A DNA stretch of 62,217 nucleotides from Hyphochytrium catenoides (taxonomy: Eukaryota > Protista > Hyphochytriomycota). The stretch spans positions 1 to 62,217 of the forward strand of contig FLMG01002007.1 of the NCBI GenBank assembly GCA_900088475.1, written 5' to 3'. The position numbers and the translations under genes were made by a program. Position 1 is the first letter of the stretch. Each line of letters opens with the position of its first letter. The notes under the pieces were generated by a model. It saw only the letters and a list, made by a program, of their open reading frames with translations, was not told the origin of the DNA and ran no database searches. Positions 11,860 through 24,191 of the stretch are shown here, in pieces.

Positions 11860-14275
11860 TCTAGAGTTGTGCCGCCTCCGTTACTCCTCTGTGAGCTTAG
11901 AGGGAGGGAACCGTTCCTTCCACCTCAGGGGCAGTAGTGGTAGAGAGCAACGTCAGATCCCTAGTGTTCTACTCCTGGACAGAAAATAGTACGCCCGACA
12001 TTCTATAATTCTTTGACGACCAGATGATGGCTGGGCATCCTAAGGAGCCGTTAGCGCCTTCCACTTGCACTCCCTACAACAGATCTTCATCATTGGGTTC
12101 AGGCGCGTTGTTGCCCATCATCACAAAGGCGCCGTCTTCGTATTGAGTATGATGCGGCGATTGATGATGGGATGTCGGAGACGAGGAGAAGAAAGCTAGT
12201 AGGCGGATACCAGGTGCCTGCTCGCTCCCAGCAGCCCAACCCTGGGTCCGATAGGTTGCGCTAATGAAAGAGTGATGATGAGAAGAAAGACGGGACTGGA
12301 AGAAGGACCCGGACGACGAAGTGGTTGCTGCTGCTCCCCATTTATTAGCTTCGTGCTGGGACAGAAGCGGCGATGAAGGTTGATGGAATGGTCTGAATGA
12401 GATAAGACTGGAAGACTGCTGCTAAATTGAAGCATTCGACGTGATGATATAATGTATACTCACTTTGGCAGTTGGTTGTGGGACTACTACTGCTTTCACC
12501 GTGAGAAGAGTCATCATGAATAATGGTGGACCGAGTGCTCTGAGTAAACCTTCTGGCCGCCTTTTATTAGCTCCTAGCAACGCTGAAGCCGACATTGATG
12601 GCTGCATCACTATTTAAAACTCTATAGCTCACTGAACCTGGCAGTGGAGAGGACGATGATGGCTCTTTGGCTATCAAGCAGCCTTCTTGCGACTTGTTGC
12701 GAAGCGGGGCGGCGGTCCATAAGCAACAAAGGAGTAGTGAAACTGAGATAAGACCGCTAGCATTATTACCTCTTGTAAGACTCTAGAAGTGCCTTAGGTG
12801 AAGCATCAGCGGAGGCCATATCGGAGAAGAGAGGTGAAATTGTAAGCCAACGTGCATTGCCTTGAGAACATCTTTGCCCACGTACTACTGTTTGTGGTGC
12901 GTAGGAGGATAGTTTGCCTTGGTTTAGTTGAACTTCAGAGCCCGAAAAGCGTTGTTATAGAGATTCAACCTTGTGCGCCGCGGCGTTAGCTTCCTGGTTC
13001 GCAAGGAGGCAGCAGCACACGGCCTTCTTAACAATCTTTGAAATAGCTGTTTTAGCGCACAATGCCGTAGCCGGGGCACACTAGAAATTGCGAGTACTTC
13101 GTCTTCCAGGCCCCTTATTCTTCTCAATGTCACTCCGCTCGGAGGTTCTCTTTGCTCTGAGACCCTATCATAGCAGTTCCTGTTGGCGACCGAAGCTATG
13201 GCAAGGAAAGATTGAATATGCCTGCATCTGTCACAAGCGAGGATGATGATGTTGCTTTTCGCTGATGGAGACATCGCCCCATCACGACGGTGGTTTGGCA
13301 CACCGCCAGCCCGACTTTGAGCATCACGGCGGAGCAGCCGGTTGGCTAGCGGGCCGTTTTGTACTCAATATCGAGCTAGACACGGCCCAAGGATGTTCCT
13401 AGTCTGGTCATTGTGGGGGGAGATTCTTTGTGTATAGTTTCTTGGGGAAAAAGAGTCCGGACTGTACAGAATAGACTTCACTCTTTCTGCCGGTGTCCTC
13501 ATCATCTTCTTCTGACTAGAGCGTCCGCAGCAGAAGGTGGTGCCGTATTCTTTGATCAGCGCGAGGTCCGGTCGGAGGTAAGGTAATTGGCTTGGTGTAG
13601 ACCCTGTTACAAGCTCCAATTACCAGACCTCATGTTCTCAATGACTTACTGGACAATAACTCTCCACCAGTGTTTGCGAGAGCTTTTCTTTGTCCTTCAG
13701 GCAACGTGTGAAAGGTCGCCTTCATCGCAAGAGACTGCTGGATCGTCAGTGCTGTCGTCTCTCCAACTCTGTTGTAGCTGGTCATTGTCGCGGTGCCATC
13801 GATGCGACTGCTGTTAGGTGAGCGGTAGATTTCAGCAGCGCGTGGATGGTCTGTGCTACCAGGTGGCTGTGGATTGTTTGGCCCACCGCTCTCCTTGGCA
13901 TTGGCTAGGACTAGGTTGCTCTTGTCGTTGAGGGTTGCAGTGTTATTAAGGTTTGCTCGTTTCTTTGGCAGCATCCCGCTTTAGATTAGCGGTAAGTTGA
14001 GCCTCTGATGGACGAAGGACGTAAAACACTGTGGTGTTGGCAGAGTTCTGTGCTCGCGGCGGCGAAGAATGTACCCTCGGGTGAGGAGGGCCTCAATTCT
14101 TCTGGGGCGACAACTTGGATTCCTGCTTCTTCGTTGCTCATTCTAAGACCTCGTACAGGAGTTTCTCTTCTGTTTTGCTATGATGAGTTCTATGAATAGA
14201 GAGTGAGACTGCGTCGCGTCAGAGCTGCCTGCTGCTTGTACAACGTACAGATCTGATGAAGACGATGGCATGATG
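11860..14275 (-). pseudogene. Decayed coding-like sequence (old pseudogene or transposon relic), identity unknown
   Basis: Microsatellite-free stretch with no clear introns. Minus-strand frames read protein-like but are interrupted by scattered TAG/TAA/TGA. No diagnostic domain recognised. Confidence 0.3.
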
Positions 14276-14790
14276 GGCGAGTGAGTGAGTCCATCAAACG
14301 AGGAGCGGATCTGTGACACTGGTCATCAGTGCCTTTTCATTATTAAAGTTAACTGGGTTGGCAACTTAGATAATAACCCGGATTAGCTGATCAGAACCTG
14401 TTGATAAAGACCACGGGTTTGGGACAAGCCAAGACGCTGTTAGCTGAGCAATTACAGAGATTCAAGACGCGATAATCTGCATCTTATTGGCTATGCTATC
14501 GCCTCTGATGACTTCAGACAGAGAGGTAGTATCTGTATGGCGTTTATGAGTATCTGCTTACCGTGGGGAGCATCAAGGCTTCATATCCTGTTCTCTACGA
14601 GTACGTGGCTCTGGACGTGATATGGAGTGGCCCGAGTGCTGTGGGGTTCAACCTGGTATTACATCTGATCCATAAGACTCAGCTGCTGGCTCAATAGAAA
14701 CGGGAAGTGGGAGGCACATAAAAAGTTAAACAGGGGCGCTTAAGCTCTGAGCACGGAGATATATAGCAGGGAACGAGGTGCAGAGGAGCG

Positions 14791-16963
14791 ATGACTGGTA
14801 GGTTACACATCTCCATCAATGGACGACGCGTCCATCTCGTGGAGCCTTCTTCGCTTCCAGTTCCCAGTCTGTTAACTGCTTTAACCTTAGTCGGTTGACC
14901 TTCCTTTCGCTTACTTGCTTTCGTAGTCCCTGACACCGTTAGTCTCCCTATTAGAGCTATTCTACTTTTGTCGCGATCCTTTCTGTTAGTCTCCATAGTA
15001 GCGCTCTTCTTCTTTTGCTTCCCCTGACGCCCTTCCTTACGTCTTCTGGCATAGACTACGCTGAGGAGCAGATGATGGAGGTTGAGGCTCTGGAGTCGAT
15101 TTATGCTGATGACTTCCAGAGTATGTCACTAAGCTTGCTATGATGACACCACATTGGCACTCATAAATCGTTGTCTCTTCTCCTTCGCATTGTTGCTCTC
15201 TTTTCTCCCTTGTTATGGTCAAATCTCAAGAGCTGTCAGACGATCCGCTTTCATACAAAGTACATCTCGTCCCAAATCCTGGCGAATATGATCAGAACCA
15301 CGGTAAGATAAGTGTCGAGGAACTCCTAATCGCCGCTGTTTAGAGGCCCATTAGCCTCCGACGCCTCTGTCTTCACCGATTACTCCGCCTTCTTCACTTG
15401 TTACTCATTGACCTTGCACATGCCCTTCTGCGTCTGGTGGGCTCCACTGGTACACTATACTGTCACCACCGTGCTAATGACTCCCTCCTTCGCTCTAAAG
15501 TCGCCATGTGGCTTGTCTGCAACATTCCTCCTACTTATCCAGATGTGGAGGCGCAGGTAGGTACCTCATCCTCATTTCCTCTTTCCTGGGCATTAGTCTT
15601 TCCTCTAACTGATGATCCCACTCTGCAGTTCGAAGTAGTGCTAGAGAAGGGCTTAACCTCTGTCCAGGAGAAGGAGATCCGCAGAATAATAGAGGAGCAG
15701 GTGGACCACCTATGATGTAGTCCGTCTTACCGCCGTACCCCTAACCTGGCGCGATATCTCTTGATGAAGGCTGAGCATTGATGTTTGTCCCTTATTACAC
15801 TCTTCCCCATACCCGCACCAGGAAGTCGGCCATTTGTTATGAGGCGGCCTCTGTCTTTCCATGCCCATGTGACCTTTACAATAATGCCGCCCACCTCAGT
15901 TGTCTTCAGCCCTCTCTTCGTTCCTCGGATTCCTCTCTCCTCCACCCAGGATTCCCTTTGCGAAAGTAGCCTAATGTCACCTCTTTCTGATCACCTTTCA
16001 TTGCGCCCAGTCAAGAGAGAACGCCGGTATGGTCTCTGTCTTCACGGTCGCTGAAGCTGTTAAGGAATATCTCATGGAGAATAACAGAGAAGACCTCGTA
16101 CGTTACACTATCGGGTTCATGAAATGATTTCACCATTACTGGGGGCCTCTGGGATGCCCTCTATCTCCTTTAGTTGCTTGCTTAGCTCACCTTGTCTTGC
16201 GCTGAACTGCAGGGCGAGAGCGAGTACCATCAGATGTTAAAACGGCAGGAGGCGGCGGAGAAGGTGAAGGTCAATGAGAGCAAAGTGGTCATCAAGGCGG
16301 AGGTTAGTGTCCTGCTCCTACACTGAGTCTCACGTCTTTCCCGTCGCCTTGGTACTGATACTCTTTCACCTTCCTTCGTCAATATGTGGTCGTGATCTTT
16401 TCCTTCATGTAGCGGGATGACGATGACTTGGATAAAGTGAAGAAGTTTGATGGGACCCCAGTCACTCCTGAGACGTTCAAGAAGTGGCTGGACAGCTTCG
16501 AAAGGGAGATGGAGGCCAAAGAGCAGAACAAAGCTAAGAAGTCCTTAAAGGAGAATATTCTCACAGGTACGTATCCTTCCTCTCCGTCATGGTGCTCTCT
16601 TCTGTCAGAAGGTGCCAGACTTGTCTGAACTTTTTCACTATAACCTGGCAATCATTTCTTTCATTGAAGGAAGCCAAACTTTTTGATTGCGGTCTATTAT
16701 ATCTGCGATAGCGGCAGGCGTCCTCCACCCTTTGCTCTTTGTCGCTACGTGTCGGCCCCCACTGTCATCAACTTACCTTTCCTCTCCCAGGCAAGCAACT
16801 ATTCCTTCAGGGAGTTGTGGATGGCAGTGAGGAGGCTGGCGCAGATGGAGAGGATGATGATAAATTCGTGGCCGGAGCGGTCGACCAGAGCGTTTTCTTG
16901 GGTGAGGATGACGACGACCTCGATGATCTGGATGACGAGGACTATGAAGACGAAGATGAGTAG
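14791..16963 (+). CDS. RWDD1: RWD domain-containing protein 1 / GIR2 (DFRP2) homologue
   Basis: Spliced start ATG ACT G|AC gives MTDYAEEQMMEVEALESIYADDF. Further motifs: PPTYPD, ENAGMVSVFTVAEAVKEYL, DFRP C-terminal motifs DGTPVTPETFKKW and LTGKQLF, and an acidic tail ending DEDE*. Confidence 0.9.
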
Positions 16964-17217
16964 TAACCTCGACCAGCCCGTGACGCGCTTATCAATCACA
17001 GTGGAAGTGTTGCTGGTCGCTGTCCCTACGTGCTTCATCTAGCTCTCTCCCATCACTTTTGGAAATAGCTGCGGGGAGAGCCCTGAGCAAATTGCAGTAG
17101 TTTGGACATGGAAACGTGTGGAGAGACTGAGCAATGGGACTCTTTTGGAAGACAGCGTCCTTTTCTTTATTGTCTTTCCGTGATGTGCATGAGGCTAGAG
17201 ACAAAGACAGAGAACAG

Positions 17218-20200
17218 CTAAGCAGATATCTTCTGGCCTGCCTTCTGTCCAAGTGAGTAGGCTGGGAATAGAATGTTAGGGAATTTTTTGCTGACAATAA
17301 CAAACTCGTCGAAGGAAATGACGCCGTCTCCATCCTTGTCGCCCTGTGACATGATCGTATCCACCTTTCGGAGGACCTGTAAGGAGTCAAGAAGGAGAAA
17401 GAGGGAAAGGGAATTGGAGTGAGTGCATGTGAAGGACGACGTTTTGGCCAGCGAAAGTCTGGGCCAGAATGTGGCAAGTGATGGGAAGACAAGAACGTAC
17501 TTCGGACTCGCTGGTGGCCATGTGGTTCGCCTTCAATATCTTTGTGAGCTCTGCCTTTGTGATCACACCGTTCCCGTCCTCGTCGAAGATCATGAAGGCG
17601 AACTTCAGCTTCTCGTCCTTGCCAGCTCCGCTAAAGTTAGACAGCGCGATCATGAACTGCAAGCAGAGAGTGAGGGTATAAGTGACTGCGCTCTTGACCT
17701 CATCTGCGTTGCTTTTCCTTCCTCACCTCTCTGAAGTCAATCTGTCCTGCCTTATCCTTGTCGAACAGCTGGAAGACCTTCTCACATTGTGGCGCAGGTT
17801 CAACCTGCAGTATCTCGCAGAACTCTGTGTAGTCCACCAAACCCGAGCCATCTTTGTCCGTAGCTTGAAAGCGCTTGTACGCCTGCGGACAGGACAAGGG
17901 AGCCGGAGATTTAACTGTCTATAAACGGCGATACCAGCTGGCCGGAGCGAAGAGCAGAAGTGCACGATAGAAGTCCAGGTGCTTGGCTCGAATTTAACAA
18001 CAGATTGCGAATAGGACATCAGGGAAAGACTCTTGCAACGTGGACCAACCAAGAGTGACCAAAGACTGACAGAGATGGAATGGTTCTTTCACCTTCTTGA
18101 TACTCTCGGCCTTGATGTTATGGTCCTTCGCAAAGTCTTCAAGGGCGTTCTTCTTAGCATTTCGTGCTTGAATGGCCGCGGCCTGGTTGACGGGCTCTCC
18201 TCCACCAACCACAGGCCCTCCGCCGCCTCCCCCTCCTGCGGCAGCGCCAGGACCCAGCCCAGGAGGCGGAGACTTCCCACCAGTGACCATCGAGTAGAAT
18301 TCATCAAACGCCACCTATCATGAGGAGAGGACAGGGATATGAGCAATGACGGGGGAGGCAACGCGATGCGAGATGTGAGGCTTAGATAGAACTTGAAGCG
18401 CCTAGCTGGAGCACATGGTCATATAGCGACTGCTTTTGCTTGTTCCCCCTTAGCCCTTTGTATGGTTGCTGTTTCTGCCCATTCTTGACTGTCAGGAAGC
18501 TTTATCAAGCAAGCATTTTATATCTCGCTTATCCGCGCCCCTGCCCCTGCTATTGCTATGACTTCCCTCCATCCTTCTGCCGCCCCGTTCCTGTTAGATC
18601 TTGTCCTACCTGTCCGTCTCCATCCTTGTCCACCATCCTGATCATCTCGTCCACCTCCTCGTCGGTGACTTGCTCTCCAATGTTGATCAGCACATGACGG
18701 ATCTCTGCTGCGCCGATAAAGTTATTGTGGTCGAGATCAAACGCTTCGAAAGCCTAAGATGAGGCGACGACCCGAGGGAGGTGGTTTAGGTACAGACAAA
18801 GCATTAAATCTGCTAGCGTAGCGTAGAACGAGAAGGAGAAGGACAGCATCAGTCGGCGAGATATCGGAAGATAAGAGATGCTTGCAGCTGTTGCTGAGGT
18901 AGATAGATGAAGAGAGAGGTGTATAGGGCACCTCCAAAATCTCCTTATCAGTGAATTTGCCGTTAGGATCCCTTGGCTGGTTCGCTGGAGGAGCTGCAAC
19001 GGAGGGCGGCACCAGTCCTCCAGGTGGCGGCCCAGCTGCAAAGAGAACAAAGGACTGTAAGTGGGCGGCCGCACTTTGTGATGAAAAGCGACAAGACAAG
19101 GTGATGGGTGCGGCATACTTGCGATAGCGTTAGGCGTGAAAGAATAAGGATATAGAAACGCAGAACTGAGGGATGGCCAAGGCTATCTGACGGAAGAGCC
19201 AACCTTCCTACCTGGCGGTGCTCCCACCGGTTTCTCGAAGGTGGCCGAGACAGCAATCCTTCCTGCTGGGGAATTGCCTGCGTCCGTCAGTGGCAGATCG
19301 CCGGTGAAACTTCCTTTTGCCAGCCATTCCAAAATAGCGACCGTGGTCTTCCCCAGCAGCCTTGTCATATGAAGAGTTAATTCTTGCCCACGAGCCTTCT
19401 CTCCTGACTTTGCCTGTTTAGATGGTCTCACTAGCAGAGATATTCTAGCTTTATCGTTCACATTGACAGCCTTCTCGACAACCTTGGTACCTCTTCCTGC
19501 AAACCGCTCCCTCTGAGCTCCATTCCTACCTGCCTTTTCTTCTATTCTATCTGTTAACCTGCCCATGTCCTCTCCCAATGCTTCCCTAAGTTAACATCAC
19601 TGCCTAGCCTCCTCAACATCTCGAGCTTGTCCTTCATCCTTCAGCTACCATCCCAGTATCTATCAGAGTGGTTGGCTTTATTCTCCAATTTCCTCATGAT
19701 GAAACTTACTTGTCGGGTCCAGCGGAGCTTTTGTCGTAGATTGAAATCTCAATCTCCTTCTCAATAGAGACGTCAAACACAAGCTCCTCGCTCCAGGCGG
19801 GATTCTTGTTCCCATTAGCATGCGGCTGCAGAAGGAATTAGTGGAGGAGAGGAAGCAAGATCAGTAAGGTCATGGACTATGCTTCTCCTTTCTCGAGTGC
19901 CTTCCAATGACCTTCTCCACCACATTGTAAGTCTTCCCCTTTCACTGCCCTAGCACTGGCGGGCTTTTTGACCTTGATGTAGAGAGTTTCTCTTGACTTC
20001 TCCATTCAATTCCTCTTCCTCTTCAAAAGCACAAGCATGGGTCATATGCTTTTCTAACTAGAACGCTATGTTCATCCCTCTTCTATACAAGAAGATCAAT
20101 CTCTGGCGTCTCTATGGAGCTAGGCTTACGAAGTGCCACTCTTTTCCTCCCAACCTCCTTCGTTAACCATGCCTTTTCCACAGTCAGACCATCTATTTGG

Positions 20201-22780
20201 CCTCTTCGGCTGCCGTACCTGCGTTTGCTTCACTTGTGTTCCTAGCTTTGCCTGAACGTACGGATCCGCCTTTGGAGCATTGTCAGGCAGCTTGAGCTCC
20301 ATCGCTTTTGTGACCTTGACACGAAGTTTGCCGAACCGTTGAGCAGGGGGAGCACCTAGAGGATAGAGGGAGATGATGAGATTTCGCATACATCAATGGA
20401 AGAGGGAAGGTACCCAAAACTGCACTGGTGGCCGCTGAGGGCTGATAATGTTCAGGGTGAGAAAATAGTAGGACATGGAAGGAAGACATCAAGGCGCTGA
20501 CGTTGGTAAGGAGCATCATTTGTGAGGGGGTATTTGGCGATGTAGCGGCGAGGGAAAGTAAAGGATACATGGATAGGTGAGGTAGAGAAGAAAGATGAAA
20601 GTGGCAGACCTCGTGGAGGAGGTCCTCTTGGAGCCATAGGAGGAGCTCCTCGCGGTGGCATTCCCTGCGGAGGCATCCCAGGCGGACCCCTTCCTGGCAT
20701 TCCTGGCGGGCCTGCAATGATGTATGACGTATAGAGAACGGGAGCAAACAGTATTAGGAATGTCAATGGATAGATCAAATTGATAGCCGGTGGTGCAGAG
20801 TCAGCCGTAGAAGAGAGTTTTCGCCCATTCCTTCCGTGATCCCTTACCTCCAGGGGGCCCTCCACGAGGAGGTGGACCTCGAGGGGCTGCAGGTAAAGAA
20901 TGCAGATCCAGCTCAGGACCAATTGATATAGATATGGCGGTGGAAAGGGAAGTGGAGACGCCAAGAAGACGGAGTCAAGGATAGGAAGTATAATAGCGGA
21001 AGTAACCACACCACAAGACACAATACGATACAAAGATAGTATCTCTTAGACGTACGGAAGCCAGGTGGACCAGCTGGTGGAGCACCAGGAGGACCTCGTG
21101 GGGGAGGTGCCCCTGGTGGGCCTCTCGGGATTGCACCTATGAGAAATGAAGATGAGTAAATTGACGATGATGAATAAAAGTATATAGGTGGATATGGACA
21201 TATTCACCTGGGGGAGGACCCCCGGGCATCCCAGGCGGCGGTCCACGGGGCATGGCGCCTGCAGTAGAGAGCGACAAGCCAAGCAGGCAGACCACGTTAG
21301 TGCATTAGCGAAAGCAGGACAAGGTGGTAGTCTCAGCCTGGTGGTCTAAGTGAAGATGAAAATCGTTTTACCTGGTGGAGCGCCTGGAGGTCCCCGCGGT
21401 ACTGGTACACCGGGCGGTGGTCCTCCTGGAGCACCTGGAGGAGGTCCTCGGCCTGGGCCCATAGGAACTCCGGGCGGTGGGCCCCTCGGTACTCCAGCTC
21501 CAGGAGGACCTCTTGGTACGGGGACGCCAGGAGGAGCACCGGGAGGACCTCCAGGTGGACCCCTAGGAAGAGCGCCAGGGGGTCCTCCAGGTACCGGTGC
21601 ACCACGAGGAGGACCCCTAGGTACTGGCACTGCTCCCGGTGCTCCCGGCATGCCAGGAGGAGGCGGTCCTCTTCCTGGTACGACACCTGGAGAAGGGCGA
21701 GGTATAAGAAGCAAGACAGTAGATAGGGAAGGTGAGAAGGGATTCTGACACGAAGACGCTATTGAAGACTATACATCTTCGCTGCCGACCCAGAACTAGT
21801 CTCTAAAGGACAAGAAGACAAGAAGTTGAGATGCGCAGAAAGAGATACAAAGGCAATATAGGAGGTTAGACCACTCTTATCCTTTAGTTCACTTGACATA
21901 CCTGGTGGAGGTCCACCAGGGACTGCTCCTGGCGGAGGGCCACGGCCTGAAAAGGTGAAAGACATTAGATAACCAAGTAAGAACCTTTACTGGCAGGAGA
22001 TCAACGCTGGACAAAGTAAGTGAAAGGTCTAGTGGAAAGGCAGCCGCAGCGTCGTACCAGGAGGTGGCGGCCCTCTTCCAGGTGGTGGAGGCTGGCCTGC
22101 AACGGAGCCAGGAGGTGGTCTTGGAGGTGGTCCTCTCCCTATAGGATTCGGAAGGTGCAAGGACTTGATATACCGAAACGCGGGAAGCAGATAACATCTG
22201 GGGCTCTTCTCATACCTGGTGCAGGAGCTCCAGGCGGTCCTCCAGGCACTGAGAAAGGGAGAGTGACGGGGGTTTTAGTCAGTGAGAAAGCGGTTAAGGA
22301 ATAAAAAAGGAAGAGACGGGAAGTAAGAGAGTCGTAAAGTGAGTGTAATGGAAGAAAACGCTTTAGCTCTGCATCAATGTACCTGGCGGCCTCCCAGGCG
22401 GACCTCCTGGGACAGGACCTCTGCCTGGAGGACCACCAGGAGGTCCAGGAGCAGGTGCTCTAGGTGACGCCCCAGGTCCGGCCGGTCTAGGTGGTCCGCC
22501 AGGGGCTCCAGGTGGTCCTCCAGGCGGAGGGCCCCGGGGAGCACCTCCTGGAGGTGGAGGCCTCCCTGGCGGTGGAGCTGAAGATAAGGACAGAGAGAAG
22601 AGGGTAAGTCATAATTCACCACCTCCTAGGTAAACCTGTTGATATAGCTTACCCCTGTGCGCAAGATGACAAGCAGCGACATAGCAAAGAGCAGAAAGCA
22701 CCAGGTTAGTGGCAGATTATTGCGGTAAAGCGCTAAGACTCTCCTTACCTTGGCGCTCCAGGCGGAGGCGGGGCACTCAT
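17218..22780 (-). CDS. Pro/Gly-rich N-terminus + C2 domain + six EF-hands (calmodulin-like pair plus calcineurin-B-like C-terminus)
   Basis: Start is [10 protein letters not shown] at 22780, followed by many RGPPPG exons. C2 motifs: [45 protein letters not shown] loops: [72 protein letters not shown]. Also [11 protein letters not shown]. Ends [22 protein letters not shown]. Confidence 0.85.
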
Positions 22781-23179
22781 TTCAGCTGCAAGCTGCGCTT
22801 CCTCTTCACGATATCAGGTCTCTCTCCCCTAAAGGCATTAGATTAAGCAGGCAGGTGTGTCGCTGGTAAGCCTCGTTTCATACCTACCTGCCTCCCTCTT
22901 CATAGGCACCTGACTGGAGACCTCGCAATGGCCAGGGCTATCTTCAGCTCATCACTCTTGCAAGTTTCCTCTTACAAGGAGTACAAGCCGCTAAACGGGG
23001 CCGAACCAAGCACAAGCTTTGATCCTTTGCGGCGGTGCTTCTCACTTGCTGACGAAAGAAGTTAGGTTTAAGATGAGCCTCCGCTTGCGTGCTTGACCAA
23101 TCTTGCTCTCTCGTTCAGCATCCTTTATTCTCCTCGCTTGCTCTCTTTGCCTCTATGCCTGTAGCTGTCGCTTTGCTAC

Positions 23180-23235
23180 TCTCTCTGTCTCTCTCTCTGT
23201 CTCTCTGTCTCTCTCTCTTTCTTTCTCTCTTCCCT

Positions 23236-23269
<34 letters not shown>

Positions 23270-23325
23270 TTTTCTCTCTCTTCTCTCTTTCTCTCTTTTC
23301 TCCTCTTCTCTTTCTCTCTCACTCG
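23180..23325. repeat. (CT)n/(CA)n microsatellite
   Basis: Direct dinucleotide repeats in intergenic DNA. Confidence 0.85.
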
Positions 23326-24191
23326 CCTCATATCTATGCCTTCCAACTCCAGGTCAGGAAGTCATGGAAGGGCCTGAGAGGCCAAAGGACACACCCAAAT
23401 CGCCCAGTAACGGTGCCTGCCGAGAGACAGACTGTATTCCATATAAATGGCGGCAGCACGGCCTGCTTGAGAATAGGTACTATCTCAGGAATTTACCTCA
23501 TCTATATCTGAAATAGACTATAATTGCCACTTTCACCCTTCCACCTCGTACTGTACTGTATGTAATATGGTCGTTCACCTACCTTTTCACCCCATCCGGG
23601 AAAGGTAAGGCAGTGTCTCATATTCGGGATAAGCTGATCATTATATGCTGATTGTGAAGAGTTGTCAAGCCCCAAGGAGGAGGATCGTCACTTGGTCTCC
23701 TGTCCCCGTCGATGGATCTCTTCAATGACAGGCAGACGGCAACGCGACATCTGATCTAGTGATAGCGAGAATCAGGACTAAAAGATGAACTCAGGTTGAG
23801 TCTCCAAGATCTGACCTTCTCCAACCCCGTTCTGGCCTGTGCCAGTGTGCGCCTAACCTTCTCGGTCAGGACTGCGGTATGTGTGAGGAGCAAAAGAAGA
23901 GGAGAGCTCCCATGTCTGCAGACTGACCCGAGGACGTTAGTCTTCCGATGGGTTGATGTAAGTAGAAGCCGAATGGTGGGGAACGGGGGACAGGGGAGGG
24001 ACACCCTTCCCGCTCAAAAAGTGGCGATGATAAAGATGTGGTGGATTGACTGTAAGGTGATGGCTGTATAAGATTTATGCAGCTTGCTTTACGGGATACT
24101 GGGCCCTGCTCGATAATAAATAGCTGTAGGGAAGCTGGGGCTTCCTCTTAGGGCTGTGAAAACCCCAATGTTTACTGTGCTTACACAGCGC

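Noticed and set aside
13425-13460. Minus-strand FFPKKLY resembling the start of an HSF DNA-binding domain
   Set aside because: Downstream HSF motifs are absent; too short to support a call.
11860-14275. Possible TAG/TAA=Gln genetic code reassignment
   Set aside because: Conserved exons of CDC5L, the flippase and IFT46 have no in-frame TAG/TAA, and several genes end at TAG in the expected place.
21350-21748. Plus-strand Gly/Pro ORF resembling collagen
   Set aside because: It is the antisense shadow of the minus-strand Pro/Gly exon, and the splice signals are on the minus strand.
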